Part shown: one piece after another, positions 1 to 13,800 of the stretch
Layout: each line of letters starts with the position of its first letter
Numbering within the stretch: position 1 is the first letter of the stretch
Source of the DNA: Amoeboaphelidium protococcarum X5
Lineage: Eukaryota; Fungi; Aphelidiomycota
Direction of reading: 5' to 3'
DNA: 64,000 nt
Assembly (NCBI GenBank): GCA_023515725.1
Contig: JALDTO010000266.1
Coordinates: forward strand, 893,070 to 957,069
The notes under the pieces: model-generated
The model's input: the letters and a program-made list of their open reading frames with translations, nothing else
The model's database searches: none
Told to the model about the DNA's origin: nothing
Made by a program: the position numbers and the translations under genes

Positions 1-597
1 GCTTAAGCAAATTGGTAGTGATTAAGAGTTAATTATTATCTGCAAGATGGTCCCGGACCACGAAGATATCGTCGTTATGAACTTTGGCTCTCAGTTTCGA
101 CCAGGCTGGATCAATGAATGTCAGAATATCTAATGAAGTTGTATTCCCGCAGAATATCATCTAAATCGTGGATTTATATAATGCTAATGGTGATAAGTTC
201 TCGTATATACCTTAATACATTGAAAAAGCTATCGCCAATGCTGTCGTAAAAGTCGTTTTGAAGGAGCCTGCAACAAGCACGTCTAGATTCTGATTCTTTG
301 AAGGCTTACCAGTGTCTATACTGGAAAATAACGCTGTAATAAGACTGTATATCAAAATCTGGCCGACTGCTATGCTAGCCTCAGAAGTTTAAGAGTTTGT
401 GAAATTCAGAATTGGCACTTGGCTTTTTCCAGCACATTTAATGGCATGATACTCTGCCCGAGAAGCAAGTATCATTAATTTAGATGTTCTTCACTGAAGC
501 CAAGTATGCTCGAGCAGATGTGCTGGTCTGTGAGGTTGAACGCCTGATTAAGGAGTTTTATGGATGTAAGATGGAAGCTCTGTTGGGTGATTTATGA
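1..597 (+). pseudogene. 3' end of F-box-like tandem family copy 0 (runs off window; disrupted)
   Basis: Family C-terminal motifs (SRF*FFEGLP..., ELALGFF); closest to copy 5 (19490-19700). In-frame TGA at 291-293 where copy 5 has TGG, plus frameshifts; final TGA 595-597. Confidence 0.75.
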
Positions 598-1491
598 AGG
601 AAGAAGCGTAATGTTCTAACTTGAACAATACTATCATTATAAACTTTGATCCTATTTGTGTCTACTTTTCAAAGCTCAACATTCTTTTTACGCCTCACTG
701 CTAGTCGATCGCGTTGGACGGCAATTTGTAACTTGACTTGTTTCAGCCTCTTAAGATGACAAATTAGCTGTTGACATACACATCCGACCGAAATATACGC
801 TGAATATGATGTGACTGTAATTCTGCCATTCAGTGTAAATTTGCATGATAATTCCCTTACTGACTGTTATTATCTTATGCAACAGATAGCTTTGTCGAGT
901 CATTGACGCGTCCCTCCGTCAAATAAGGCGCGTCCTCTCCTTTTGATGAAAACTGATGAACAGTCAAACTCAGCTGCAGACTGTCTTATCACATATAATC
1001 ATGTCAGATTTTATAAACCTGTTACAACTTCCGACTATTCATTTGCAATAGTGCTTAAGGTCTGTAGTTCTTTTACAACTTTGTTTGAGTATAGTAAGAA
1101 ATGGTAATGCGGAGAATAAATGTTCAAATGATCCTGTATTGATCAAACTACGATATGTAATATAATTAGGATCAAGGCTCTTATACAATTCCGTGCATGT
1201 GTCTCTTTTCCTCACAGTACTGTGAACATCAGCTTCTCCGCCTACAAAGTACATGTTCATATCTTTATAAACACCATTACAATCTCGCCACCACTTTTAG
1301 AGACGAGCGCATATTCTATCCACCAGATATCATTGACAGCTAAACATAAGTCCCATATTATTTCCTCTAGCCAATAAGTCTGCACAGAATTTGGGACGCG
1401 CTCCAAACAAAATATCTCCGTTAAAGTTCAAGCAGGCGAGACTTTTCTCTTCGCATAGCATTGCTTTACAGTATTCGCAACTGCTGACGTT

Positions 1492-3820
1492 ATGCTAACT
1501 CTGACAGATTTACTAGTTCTGCCTACAGTTCCTGTATATAGATATCTAATGCCGGTGGATTTACTGCAGTTGTATTAATGCAATCGCTAATGTTAGAGCG
1601 TAATTTAGACTTAGAAGGCTCAAGTAGAGAGACATACCTCAAGTATTATGGACCTCTACTAGCTGCCCATCGCATAAAGTCTCATCCGTATCTCAATTTA
1701 AAGACTGCTGAAGATCACTTATTCTTCTTCCATGAAGATATGAAGTTTAATGAGATTTTGGTATCTTCTGTTAACAAAGTCTTATGTCTCCAACAGTGAG
1801 AATGAAGTGGACGAGTGGAAGAAGGCATTGTGTAAGTATTGTGAATTAGACTTTGGTTATGAGGCTCCCAGGTAGTTGTACTTTAAGCAAATGTCAGATT
1901 TATACATGCGGCAATAGGAGGATTTATAGGTGGAGTCTGGGGAACTGTTTGCCTATTCATAGGATGATTTTCTGCTTACGCTATGTTTCACCTATTGTAT
2001 GGACTTTGAATATGACAAGAAGGATATTATCGGTAAATCTGTGTATGTGTCTCGCTTTGGATACTTTCAAGATGCAATGAATAAGTATGGATTGGAGATA
2101 ATAATTTATAATCTGGTGAGGTACAATCAGGGAAGAGGCTTTACGGATCCAGCTGATACCTCTGAATTCTTGACCAACTTTTGTTAATTCTTTTGCTTTG
2201 GCTCATATTCTGATTTATTGGTGCAGATTGAGAATATTCTAGATACTCGCCCTCATTTCTATGCTCTAGAAGCATACTTTTTAGTTATGAAGGGTCTCCG
2301 CAAGTATCAGACGATAGATAGAAAATAGAGATTTATGGCGTTCTTCTCAAAGCTTATATCATAGCCTGGTCATTTTACGATGCTCCGTGAATATAAGGAT
2401 ATGATGAGAGAGCGTCTCTTGTGTGAAGCATGCAATCTGGTGGCTGACTTATTTCAATAGCACGTTAAAGTTAAGTGGATTGTGAATCAGATCAAGTCGG
2501 TGAAGCATGTAACTTGTTTAGAATACGGATGGGCTGTGGTGTAAGTATTGGTGATTTATAAAGATTAGTTTGATGTACCTAACTTTTACAGTGAGTTGAT
2601 GGTGGAGAAATTCAGTAATTAAGAAACTTTAGACGAGGCCAAGTTGCTGTTAATGTCCCTGGTGTTGCTGCCAAGGAAGTAACGTACTTTGTATATTGTC
2701 TTAATGACGGAGCTGTTTGCCAAGTACAAGTGTAACGTGCTTACGGTTATCAAGTCTCTACTATAGACAGATTTTGTGGTTAAGAATGCCGACAAGTATT
2801 AGCTTTATTAAGCTGTGGATTATTTCAGTAAGCTCTTGGCTGATCATCACGAAGAATTGTTCGGTATTGCTCTGGCATCGTTTAGTAAAGTACATCCTAA
2901 AGGCACTGTGGATTGTGGTGGAGAATACCATGATGGAATGGTCAAGATTCTTATTCATTAGGTGGACACAGGCAGTATTAAAAATTCCTGGCTAAGCTGG
3001 ATGTGGCAACAATATCTGATTATCATGAGTATATTGTGACTAATTTGCTGTTTGAATACTGCTCCTACTATAAAGAGTCTTTTACGGATAAGGCGTTTAT
3101 GAAGCTGTTGACTCTATACTGTAAGCTTGGTGATCCTATCAAGACTGCAGGATTCCTGAAGATTTATCTTGAAGATGAAGATCGTGATGAGAACTTTTTG
3201 AAGACACTGAAGCGCCTATGTAATGAAGAGTAATTACGCGCTGTATGTGAGCTTTTGAATGAAGATGTAATTGAAACGTTGAAAGTGGGAGATGAATACC
3301 ATAAGCCTTGGATGAAGGAGATAAACTTGGCCATCAAGCTATCATTTCCTCAAAATATAACTAAAGTTGTTTAACTTACGAAAGATTAATATGGCAGTTT
3401 GGAGAAGGCACCTCAGATTGTACAAGCTTACATGCAAGGCCTTTGCATAATGGTCATCACTGATAAGCCTAAAGATTCTACATCCAGATTCTACTTCATT
3501 GATGGACTTCCGGCGTTTGTTTTAAAAGGGAAGGTGATATTGGGCAGTTATGTGCGCATGTGCGCATGTGGGCCTTGAGTTCATTGTTCAATCAGTATCC
3601 GAATATTCCACCGTAATAAGAACTGGCTCATGGGTTTTTTAATTGGTTGGAGAATAATAATAAAGAATTATCGCCGGAAGAACGTCGGTAGATGGTTAAG
3701 AATTTTGCAAAGGCTGCGACTCAAGAGGAAATGGTGGACAATTCGCTCATTGAAACTGTTACTGCATTGGCAGAACGTCTCGGTTATGACTTTGAAGAGA
3801 ACACGGATGAAGAGTACTGA
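1492..3820 (+). pseudogene. F-box-like tandem family copy 1 (frameshifted)
   Basis: MLTLTDLLVLPTVPVYRYLMPVDLLQL..., KYYGP, SRFGYFQDA, SRFYFIDGLP, ELAHGFF. Frameshifts near 1630 and 1790 and an 8-bp duplication at 3553-3568. Confidence 0.8.
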
Positions 3821-3966
3821 AATTAATTACTCGTGAATGATAATATTTGATTTCTAATTTTATGAGTGAGGATCATCATGTGGGTCCTTTTCCCTTAGGC
3901 CATCCTTAGACCGGTGTTGCACACTTTTATCCGTGTATTTGTTCATATCAGCAATCGCTTACCACA

Positions 3967-6294
3967 ATGACTTTTTCGTTGTACTAAATTCTATAGCTGC
4001 AGGATACCACGTTGTATGACTATTTGAGACCAGTAGATTTACTTCAATTAACACTGACTAGTAAATAGTGCAAAGACATAATACTGAGTTAGAGATCGCT
4101 AGTGCGACATTCTTATTGGAAATATTATGGACCTGTGTTGGCCATGTATCGCTGCAAGTCTCATCCCTATCTTCAACTAAAGACTGCCAACGATTACTTA
4201 CTCTTTCTGCACAAGGATTTGGGCTATGATAAATTACTGCATTTGAATTCGCTTAATTGGTGCGCACTTTATAATGAGGCTCCGGTCGAGGCATGGAACA
4301 AGGCAATCTGGAGTGGATTCTCTGTGGATGATCGCTATATGCCCCAAGAGTAGTGCAGAGTAAGTGAATGGCGGTTTTTCTATGAACCTGATATCAATTA
4401 CAAATCTCTGAATATGGAAGAACCTTTGGCCGTTTCCCAACTGGATTTTTTGATAATTCTATTCGGATTATACACCCACAATCAAGAACATTATGCCAAG
4501 GTTGATATGCGCTGCTTGCGGTATGGCTACGTCCACGATGCTCTAAAGAAGTTTGGCTTGCAAGTTCTAGTGTTGATATTTAACCTATATTACGATATGA
4601 AATTTCACGGGCGTATCAATAGACCAGAGACTGTTTCAATTGGGTTGTTTGAATCAATCTGCTAGCAATTTGCTCTGGGTGATGGTCGATAGGTATTGCA
4701 TAGATTGGCCAATTAAATGGAGGCGGCTCCTAATTTCAAAGTACTATTAGCACATTACAGAGCTACTAGAGATTTAGGATTGAATGATCAGTTGGATTTA
4801 AATGCATATTACATGGATGCTGTGACGCGCGTAGTCAAGCGTTATAGCTGTGCTTCTACCGCGTTATCAGACGAGATTGGAGGAGACTTGTATAGCCATT
4901 ATTAAGGTCTAGAAATATCTGATCGTCTTAAAGCAGAAATGCTTCGGTACTTAACATACGATTGGCTGTGTAAATTATTTCAGCAGTATGATTTTATACC
5001 TTCTATAGAGTTTGGTTGGCTTATGATTGAATTGTCGTCTGCTTTAGATGAGAATTAGTCTCTAGTAGTTCTTTAGTAGAAACTTGCCGATAAGATCAAT
5101 GGTGGTTGTATATAAGAAGCGGCGCATTTACTTATTGCTATTACTTCGTCCTAATTCATCAGGCTTGATTTCATGACATAGTTTGACATTAATTTGTTCC
5201 AAGAGTCGAAGGATGCAGTGACTCAAGTTTTGATGAAGCTGTTTGACTATATTCCTCGACTGTAAAATGACTATTTCAATGGTTGGCTCTCGATAGCGTT
5301 TATAGCATTCGGAAGAACGCTGGTAGATGAGCAACAATTGGCGATGTTATCTCGTCTCATATATGCTTATAGCTGTGCTTTAGGTCAACATAACAACGAT
5401 GTTGGTGAAGTTCGCGATTGTAATGAAATTGTACGTACTATCGGCGCATTGGGAGATTTTGATTTGTTCTAATAATTCATAAAGTCTCTAAACGCCAAGG
5501 ATGTGTCACAGTATAATGAACGTATGATGGGAAGAGTACTTCACATCTTGAGGTCTCGGTACAGCATGGAATAGGTGGATAAGCTTTTTTCCACATTGCT
5601 ATCTCTGTACAGGGAAATTGATGATCCCAAGAAGACTGCTTTATTTATTAATTATCATTGTTAGGAAGGCATTTAAGGCGACAAACTGCGGGAAATGGTA
5701 AAGAGTCTCCACTCAGAGGAGTAACTGAAGCAAATTAGTATGAACTTGGAAAGTGATGTCATTGAAGATTTAAAGTTGGGGCCAGAGTGTCATTCATCCT
5801 GGATCAAAGAGATTAAATAAGTTGCATCTCAGCTCAAGTTTCCTCATAATATGATCAAAGTAATGCGCATCGCCAATGACAACTGCGGCTCTTTTGCCAA
5901 TGCTCCTAAATGCGTTTAGAAAGAATTGCTATCTTTGATTGAATCGACCATCTTCATGCCGCTGGAATAGCGTAAATCACGATTTTACTTCTTTGATGGG
6001 TTGCCGTATTTTGTGTTTAAAGAGAATTTAATTATCCAGAAGTATATAGTTTCTTGGAAATGTGTCAAGGTGAGTCTGAATCGCCATCAGATCCCACATG
6101 AGTCCGAACTTGCCCATGGATTCTTGTCGTACGTTCATTCTGACAAGGTGCCCGTACGCGATCGCAGGTAGTTGTTGGGGAAATTTATCAAAGAGAATTC
6201 TCACTTGAGACTCATCAGCGTGGATTATATTACGAAGGTTTTAGTTGATGATTATGGATATCCACCTACATTGTCGACTAATGATTTTCAGTGA
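3967..6294 (+). CDS. F-box-like tandem family copy 2, intact 775-aa intronless ORF
   Basis: Read codon by codon with TAR=Gln: no TGA from ATG 3967 to TGA 6292-6294. N-terminus LQLQDTTLYDYLRPVDLLQLTLTSKQCKDII resembles the F-box consensus. Confidence 0.85.
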
Positions 6295-6457
6295 AATATA
6301 CTAGTGGAATCTCACTTTATTTTTTTTTTGACAGATAATATCACGTTGAACTTACTGCATATGGCAGCGGTTGTCACAGATCTTTATGACTTGGAACGCT
6401 TATACCGCTGGCTCCAAATTTCTATTTGATACACTTCACTCAGCTAAACAGCTCGCC

Positions 6458-8885
6458 ATGATGAATTCATCACTTTATGAAATACTGCAACTGCAGGACA
6501 CATCGTTATATGACTATTTGAGACCAGTAGATCTATTGCAATTAACTCTGAAAACCGCGAGTGTTAGGACATCATTCTTGGTTAAAGACTTATGGTGCGC
6601 AACTGCTATTGGAAGTATTATGGCCCGCAATTGGCAATGTACCGCGTGAAGTAGCATTCTTACCTGCAGTTGAAGACTAGCGAAGATTACAAGTTCTTTT
6701 TAGTGACTATCTTGGGTGCCGGGTGATCATTTATTGCGTTTATCAGCTCTTGGTAGTGTCCGAATCTGAATGGTACTGACGTGCCTGCATGGAACGAGGC
6801 CATCTTGCAATCGTTGGATGATGATCTGGATGAGTAGGACTCTGATGGAGGAGATTATCTCTTCTCCAAGTGGTCCGACTACTATAAGTATGGCGCAAAG
6901 AACATATGGCTCACTTTCGATGAATACCTTGCAACTTCCCCTATGGACGAGCTATTGATTACTGTATGTCGCGAATTTGCAGATGGTACTCTCGGCTCCC
7001 TTGACGATGAATCCGATGATGATAATGAAGATTCTACTTCTAAGAAGACCTAATCTTATAGAAGATTCATCTAAAAGCATCCTTACGTATGGAGATTTGG
7101 TTATATACATGATGCACTGCACAAGTACGGTATGCATGCCATGGTGTTTGCCGTGAACGACTTCTATGAGGAAATTTTTCTCGATACATTACGAACCTGG
7201 CGAATAGAGTCGGGCTAGAATATTGAAGAAGCTTTGCAAGCACTTTGCACTGTACTATAGCTGCTCGCTGGTGGAGCAATTTGAAGCTTAGTTTATTGCT
7301 GATCCTAATTTAAGAGTCCTTTAAGCTTATTACAGAGTGGTTCAAGAATTGGGTTTGTATGATTAGATGGATGTTTGTGTCCATATGAAGCAAGCTGTTT
7401 TAAAGATTATTGAACATTATTAGAGTATCGCTGGGTGTTAGAAAACAGTGCCGGAGGATAATGCTAGTGATCTTTACAGCTCAATGATCTTATCTGAGGG
7501 ACTTAAGCTCGAGTTACGTCAGAATCTATCATTTGAATGGGGTTTTCAACAGTTTGATCAAGTAGCAGTGGTGAATTCTATCCGATCCGCTTAGCTTATG
7601 GTTTAATTACTGATTGCATTTGATGTGCCTAATGGTTTGGATTACGTATATAAATAGCTGGTAGATAAGATCTCGTTGATAATGCAAAGTATCTACTAAT
7701 TGCTTTAGCTTCGTCTTAGTATAGCGTTAAAGAGTTGAAGCGTGCCTTTAAGACTGAGCAGTTGGAATAGTCAAAAGGCACTGTAGTAAGAGTGATATAC
7801 GCTCTGCTCGGTACTGATGAGATTGTTAGTAATGCAAGTCAGAATGGCTTGTCACGCGTTTTCGAACTATTATATTCGCTTTTGCTAAATTAGAAGAAGG
7901 AACTCTTTGGTAAAGTCATTTTAGTATTTAGCAGAGTGTATGATGAAGCCTCTCAAGACGATTTTTATTACACTTACCCACATCAGACTGAGCTGCTGAA
8001 GATTGTAAATCTATTGGGAGGTGCAAAGGAACTGGTGTAATTCATTGTCAATTAGAATGCTTAAACTTTATCCTAGTACAATACTAGCATTCTGCCATAT
8101 CTGCTGTATGAATTCAATTAAAAAATTAAAGAAGATTTGGTTAATAAAATGGCTGTACGTCTCGTGTCTTTGTATGCAGAAAAAGGTGATTTATAGAAGA
8201 CTGCCATGTTTTTGAAAACTATGTTGGCGAAGAGATATACTGTAGTGATGTTATTGGACGTAAATTGAAGAAGATACATACGCCTGAACAGCTAAAGTAG
8301 ATTTGCTCCTATTTGGATGCAGACTGTATCGATGCTCTACAGCTTGACAATCAGTATTAGAGCACTTGGATTCAGGAGGTCCACAAGGTCGCTGAACAGA
8401 GCCAATTTCCAGAAAATGTTATCAAAATTGTTTAACTTGCCATTGAAAATTGTGGTAGCCTGGATAAAGCTCCAGAATTTGTCGAGAGTAGATTGATTAG
8501 TATTTTGATGGGAACCGTAGTGGACCCACCTGAGGACTGCACGTCTAGATATTACTTCTTTGATGGACTGCCGTACTTTGTTATGAAAGAGAAGCTGATC
8601 ATCAAGTACTTTATTCAAGTTTGGGGGTTCGGTCCATTCTTGAAAAGTGATAGACAGCCGCCTGCTGAATCCGAACTAGCATTGGGCTTCTTTGACTATG
8701 TTCACTCTAATGATGATGATGATGACAATAAGGTGCCTGTGCACGATCGTTATGAAATGGTTTAGACATTTGCAGAGGTGGTATCTCTGATGGGATCTGC
8801 AGATTTGAAGGCTTCAGTTGTAGAATTGGCTTCCGAACATGGTTATGAAGTGTATGTCAATTAAGACGACTTTCTATTTGGGTGA
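6458..8885 (+). pseudogene. F-box-like tandem family copy 3 (disrupted)
   Basis: MMNSSLYEILQLQDTSLYDYLRPVDLLQL; frameshift at A4 6551-6554, TGA at 6724-6726; RFGYIHDA and SRYYFFDGLPYFVMKE motifs; ends TGA 8883-8885. Confidence 0.8.
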
Positions 8886-8974
8886 ATTTAGGTGAACTCT
8901 CACGATATGACACACGTAGTGAAGAAATTGAAAGCCTTTACTTAATTCTAAGAACTCTAATTATCATCAAATTT

Positions 8975-10657
8975 TCAATGATCAATTGCAACATCGTCAG
9001 TGTCTTCTAGTTTCCAAGAACCGCGCAAAGTCTTCCCACTGGTAATATTATCCTAGAAATGATACACCTTGCCTCTGGTAACATCCTCGCCAAAAATGAT
9101 CTCAATGCGATTTATGAAAGGATTTTCAGTACCTTTCACTATAGTCTCCAACGTCTCAAACATGAATTCATGCCCAAGAGCCAAATTTATTTTAAGGCGC
9201 TTTACTCGAGCCAACTTTAAAAACGCCTTTATAGCTTTAAGAGTGTTCTATGCATGAGCATCGGCATCCACATCAAAATTTGTTTCATACCAAGTATTGA
9301 CTACCGAGTCATGCAGAACGCGTTAATTATTTCCACCATCAGGACCCTTATAGTTGGCAAACTATAATTAGCTTTAAATTCCAGTCTAATTATCATCAGT
9401 AGGATTAGCTAAATCTAAAATAAACTAGATATAGACAGGATTTAAATAGATGAAAACAGGCACAATTTGGTCAAAATATCCAGCTAAAGCCATCTGCAAT
9501 CTAAATTTCTCAATCACCTCATAATCAAATTCATTTCGATAGCAGAAGACATATTTTAGTGACTCTGAAGGTAACCTTTGCAGGTTCAACTCTAACAATT
9601 AACGCTGAAGGCTGTGCATCTGATATCCAAAATCCTCGTTCCAACCGAGATCAACATTGCCTTCATTGTCATTCATTGTATGTAAGTTAAAAATGAACAA
9701 TATATCATTTCCCATAACTCTATTAAACTTCTAGAGCAATTTAAGCCAATCTTCCGCCTAGAATTAAGGACAGCTCCGCAGATTTAGTATAATACCTCTA
9801 ATATCATGCTTATACTTTTCAAAGCCGTTCAATAGCACAAAGCTCACATCGTCCCGAACATGATCAAGATTACAGACCGCGTATTCAATATCATACGGTA
9901 AATAAGCCTTAGATTGCAAGTTCATATGTCTTAATTTGGCCGATAAAGATGCAATGGTACTCACAGCAGAGCCGAATGGCAACGACCCCTCTGCGAAAAC
10001 ACCGTATTCCGTCTGATCCAGTTATTCAATCTGAAGAGGGACAGTACGCGCATACTCACCAAATTTATAGATCCTGGCTCCAACCAAAGATTCTGTCAAG
10101 CGCTAATGTTCTCTAACTCGCTCCTTTTCACATATTCTGATACCCTTAAAGTTTGATAACCACCATAATTAATTCTAGTAGACGAATTTTTACATATTCT
10201 TAAACCCATTAGCAGTAGACTTGAACCAGCGTGGGTCATAAACCGGATAAGGATCAATATAGTGCTCATAAAACAATTAAGGCGAGATTAGCGGATGCAA
10301 TTATCCTTTCACTATGCGGTGAATTTTTATCCAATTCAGTTATTAATGACACCATTTTAAGTCGTCCACCCCGCCGGGCGGCAGGAGTGGCTTATGTAAC
10401 AGAGTGGAGCTTTGCAGGACAGACTAGCAGAACTAATCAACAGCGTCCATGTACACGTCAGCATCAAGGGAATACTCCATTTGAGGACGCGTCAATCTGC
10501 TTGAGTCATATTTAGCACGCACCAGAATGTCCATTTTCATATCCTGAGGCAGCTCAGAGATATAGCCGGACAAAGTTTTATCTGGAGATACTTGCGCCGG
10601 TGTACCAAACACCAAATCCGACAAGGCAGAAAGCGAAATCAAAAGTCTAAAGTTCAT
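8975..10657 (-). CDS. Orphan 560-aa protein with probable signal peptide (candidate secreted effector)
   Basis: Continuous ORF with TAR=Gln joining track fragments 10433-10657 and 9764-9982; hydrophobic N-terminus MNFRLLISLSALSDLVFG; TGA at 8975-8977. Confidence 0.75.
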
Positions 10658-10829
10658 CTAATATAGGCTTGATATTTGATAAAATGATAAGAAATTGGCT
10701 CCGGGAGGATAGACGCACCAGTGGGTTTTGATATTTTTAAAAAATTTCTGAAAAAACTGCAGTATTTTGATAAGAAATCAATAAATTCGGTACTAAATTC
10801 AAGTTTATAGAGATGATGATGTGGATAAA

Positions 10830-13800
10830 TCACGAGCTGGATGACTACGTACGACCTTTTGATTGGATCGTCGTCTTCCCTTCTCCACCTTTGATTTTCC
10901 CGATGCAAGTACCGCGGGCGGTTCCACCGGGACATCCAGGATTGTCATACCTTCTTAGACCGCAACCTTTGCATTGCTTATTATTGCTAAGACTCAAAGA
11001 TTTTGGTTACGCAACTTAAATCTCTTTTGGTGCTACCTATACTGACTGATTAGAGGACTTTTTACTTACTTATACACTCGTCGCAACTAATTACATGCGC
11101 CGACTGCTGGTTTCAGCATTCCGAGACAATCATTGTGATCCAGAGATGACAGAGACTGGCTATACGACCAGCTATTAATCTACTATGCTACTTTGCTGGC
11201 ATGTGACATTAGCCACTAGATTCTTCTCCGCCAATGTCTAGCTGAGGCTATCATTGTCGCTATCATCAACGCAAACCGCGTTATGAGGAATCGAATCGGC
11301 TTCCGCAGGCTTCAATAAGTGCAGTGATATAGCTCCAATGTCACTTTCCAATAAAGCGCTCAACTACGCTGTCGAGGTGGAGGCCAAGCGATGAGCAGAA
11401 CTTCGTGTAACAATGTCAAGGTATCGAGAAAGATATAGCTCTAAATGTCGAGGAATCTTCTTGAATATAGTGAAACCATCCGGAGTTGCACAGCGATAGC
11501 CAGTGTTCCACTCATCCGCCATCTTCTGAAACGATATTCTTTTGATACTCCCAACTTGCCTTAAGTGCAAATTTAAAAGACTTTCAAATTATTAGTGCTC
11601 TTGAGAATTGAGCATAGGAAGGTAAGGAACTACAGACTTCGTCTTCTTTGCCAAATACTAGATAGATGGCTTGTAATGCCTAATCTATTCCTCAGATACG
11701 CTCTCATATTAATCTCGAGGAATGCAAGGGATAACTCCAAAGTATTCTGAACTAAGTGTGAGATCTGTCAAATCAGACCACCACTTGTGAACTGAGCTTC
11801 CATAAATAGACTTGGAAAAATTTTACACAAGGTCCATTAGGAAGTGGTCATAATGTCCTAGCTTAGGAAATAGACGATTTCTCTCGCTTGCTCTTACATT
11901 AAATCGGTGTCTTATTAGACTTAGAGCTGCGTCAGCAAATGCAGGGCCGGCATTCCAAGTCTTAAATTTCCTCACTAATTTCTAATGAATCCCCCGTTCT
12001 AGATCACTAGTACCTCTAATACATCGATAAGTTGTCAGCCCATTACTATCTTGACCTGTCTCGTAATACAGTCCGATTCCAACAGGGTCAGATAAGCATC
12101 CTTTATCGACGTGAACAAAAAGCTTCTTGAACGCATCCAGACAATCTTCATCAAGGAGTCGGACACCATCAGATGGATCACAATAGCAGTCCTTTATATA
12201 TTCGGCAATCAATACTTCAAGCCGCTTGCGGAGCTCCATAGGACTAGGAATTTCACGCCGACATCGCTCGAGAACCCAATCCGGCCTTGCAGCCATCAAA
12301 TCATCAAACGACTCATACTCATCGCTCTCTTTTACGTACTATTCTAGCGCAGCTCTATCTTAGGGATGTATGATAAATAAAGCATCTCTAAATTTACGGC
12401 AAAACTGAGGCGTAAACGCGTGACCTTTCTTAACCGGAATTCTCGCCATGGCATGATATGAATCTAGAAGCACCCTTGTTGTCAAACTAGCGTCAAACTC
12501 CGATCCATCACTGGTAGGACTGCAACAATCATCAGAGTTAACGCACGAAGAAATATAAAACTCTCTATCAATATGCTGCAGATATACTAAAAGACTTGCC
12601 ATCGCATCCTTAGCGGCATAGATTTACTACTCCTAAGTAAGTTTAGATTTCGTCCAATTTGACAATCGAGGCCCATTGGCAGACTTTTCCAGCTTATAGC
12701 CAAGAACTATTTAAACGAGAGCATCCAGGCTCAGCGTAGCCTTTTTAACAAGTCCAACGTCTTTAGCCCATTTCGATAACTCTAGAGTTTGACTGACACG
12801 GATGTTAAAATCTTATAGCAAATACTTAACATCGCCGCCGATAGATCTACCAATGAAGAGACATAATTACGATTCCAAAAGTAATTTGAGACTTGGAGGA
12901 AACTGCTTGAAAGAAGTGAGATGAAACAAGTAAACAACGCCATCTTGAAACGCCAATTGCAATAGGTCCACTTTACCGCCTTTCCAACATTATTAATAGT
13001 CCATTCAAAGTCCAAACCAATCTTCACCTGATCTTTGGTGGATACGCATCTACTAAATAACTCAAAAGCAGAAGCACAGGCAGATGAATAATCATTGAGG
13101 TAAATAATTTGCTTTGGATTAGGGAATTCAGATATCAGCTATGTAGAATGACGAAGGCTTGGAAATACAGATTCGTAAAAAGCTCTATCGTTGCAGAAAT
13201 TGTCCGTGTAAACCAGTTCGGGCGGTTAATGCCCCAAATTATTGTACGTCTCCTACATGTTCTCCATCTGATCCCTCAGATAGTCGTTGGACACTGATTA
13301 TACCAATGATTGCTGGAGAATCTCTTCATATTCATTCATGACTGAGTGCAATCCTTGGAATAACTACTACCCATTAACTTGCATTAAGTGCTTCGTCCAC
13401 TTAAAGCTGTGGTCAACCGAAAACACCTTTCCACCTCTTCTTTGTACCTCCAGATCGTAGTAAGACTTCTTTCTTTAATAATCTTTCAAAAAGACGGATA
13501 GCAAATAGTTGCCAGAAGAGGTGAATCCAGAGTACCCATTGGGATCGGCGAACTTTGAAAATTGAACAGCGGAAGAGTCAATCTTAGACGCAAAGAGTCT
13601 CGTTTACGACGCATATACAGCTTTCAAAGTATTTAACGCAGAGTAATATTGAGCCTCCAGTTCTTGATGCTTTAAAGAATGCAACTCTTTTAGATAGTCT
13701 GCTACAGCTTAAGGACCCATTGATTGATCAATAAAGATGTTAAGCATCTTTACAATCTTCAAATCAATTCCAGAGCGCTTCGACAATAAGCATGGGAATG

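Noticed and set aside
1039-1460. Minus-strand 73-aa ORF and upstream extension
   Set aside because: Interrupted by TGA upstream and no recognisable motif; at most a remnant.
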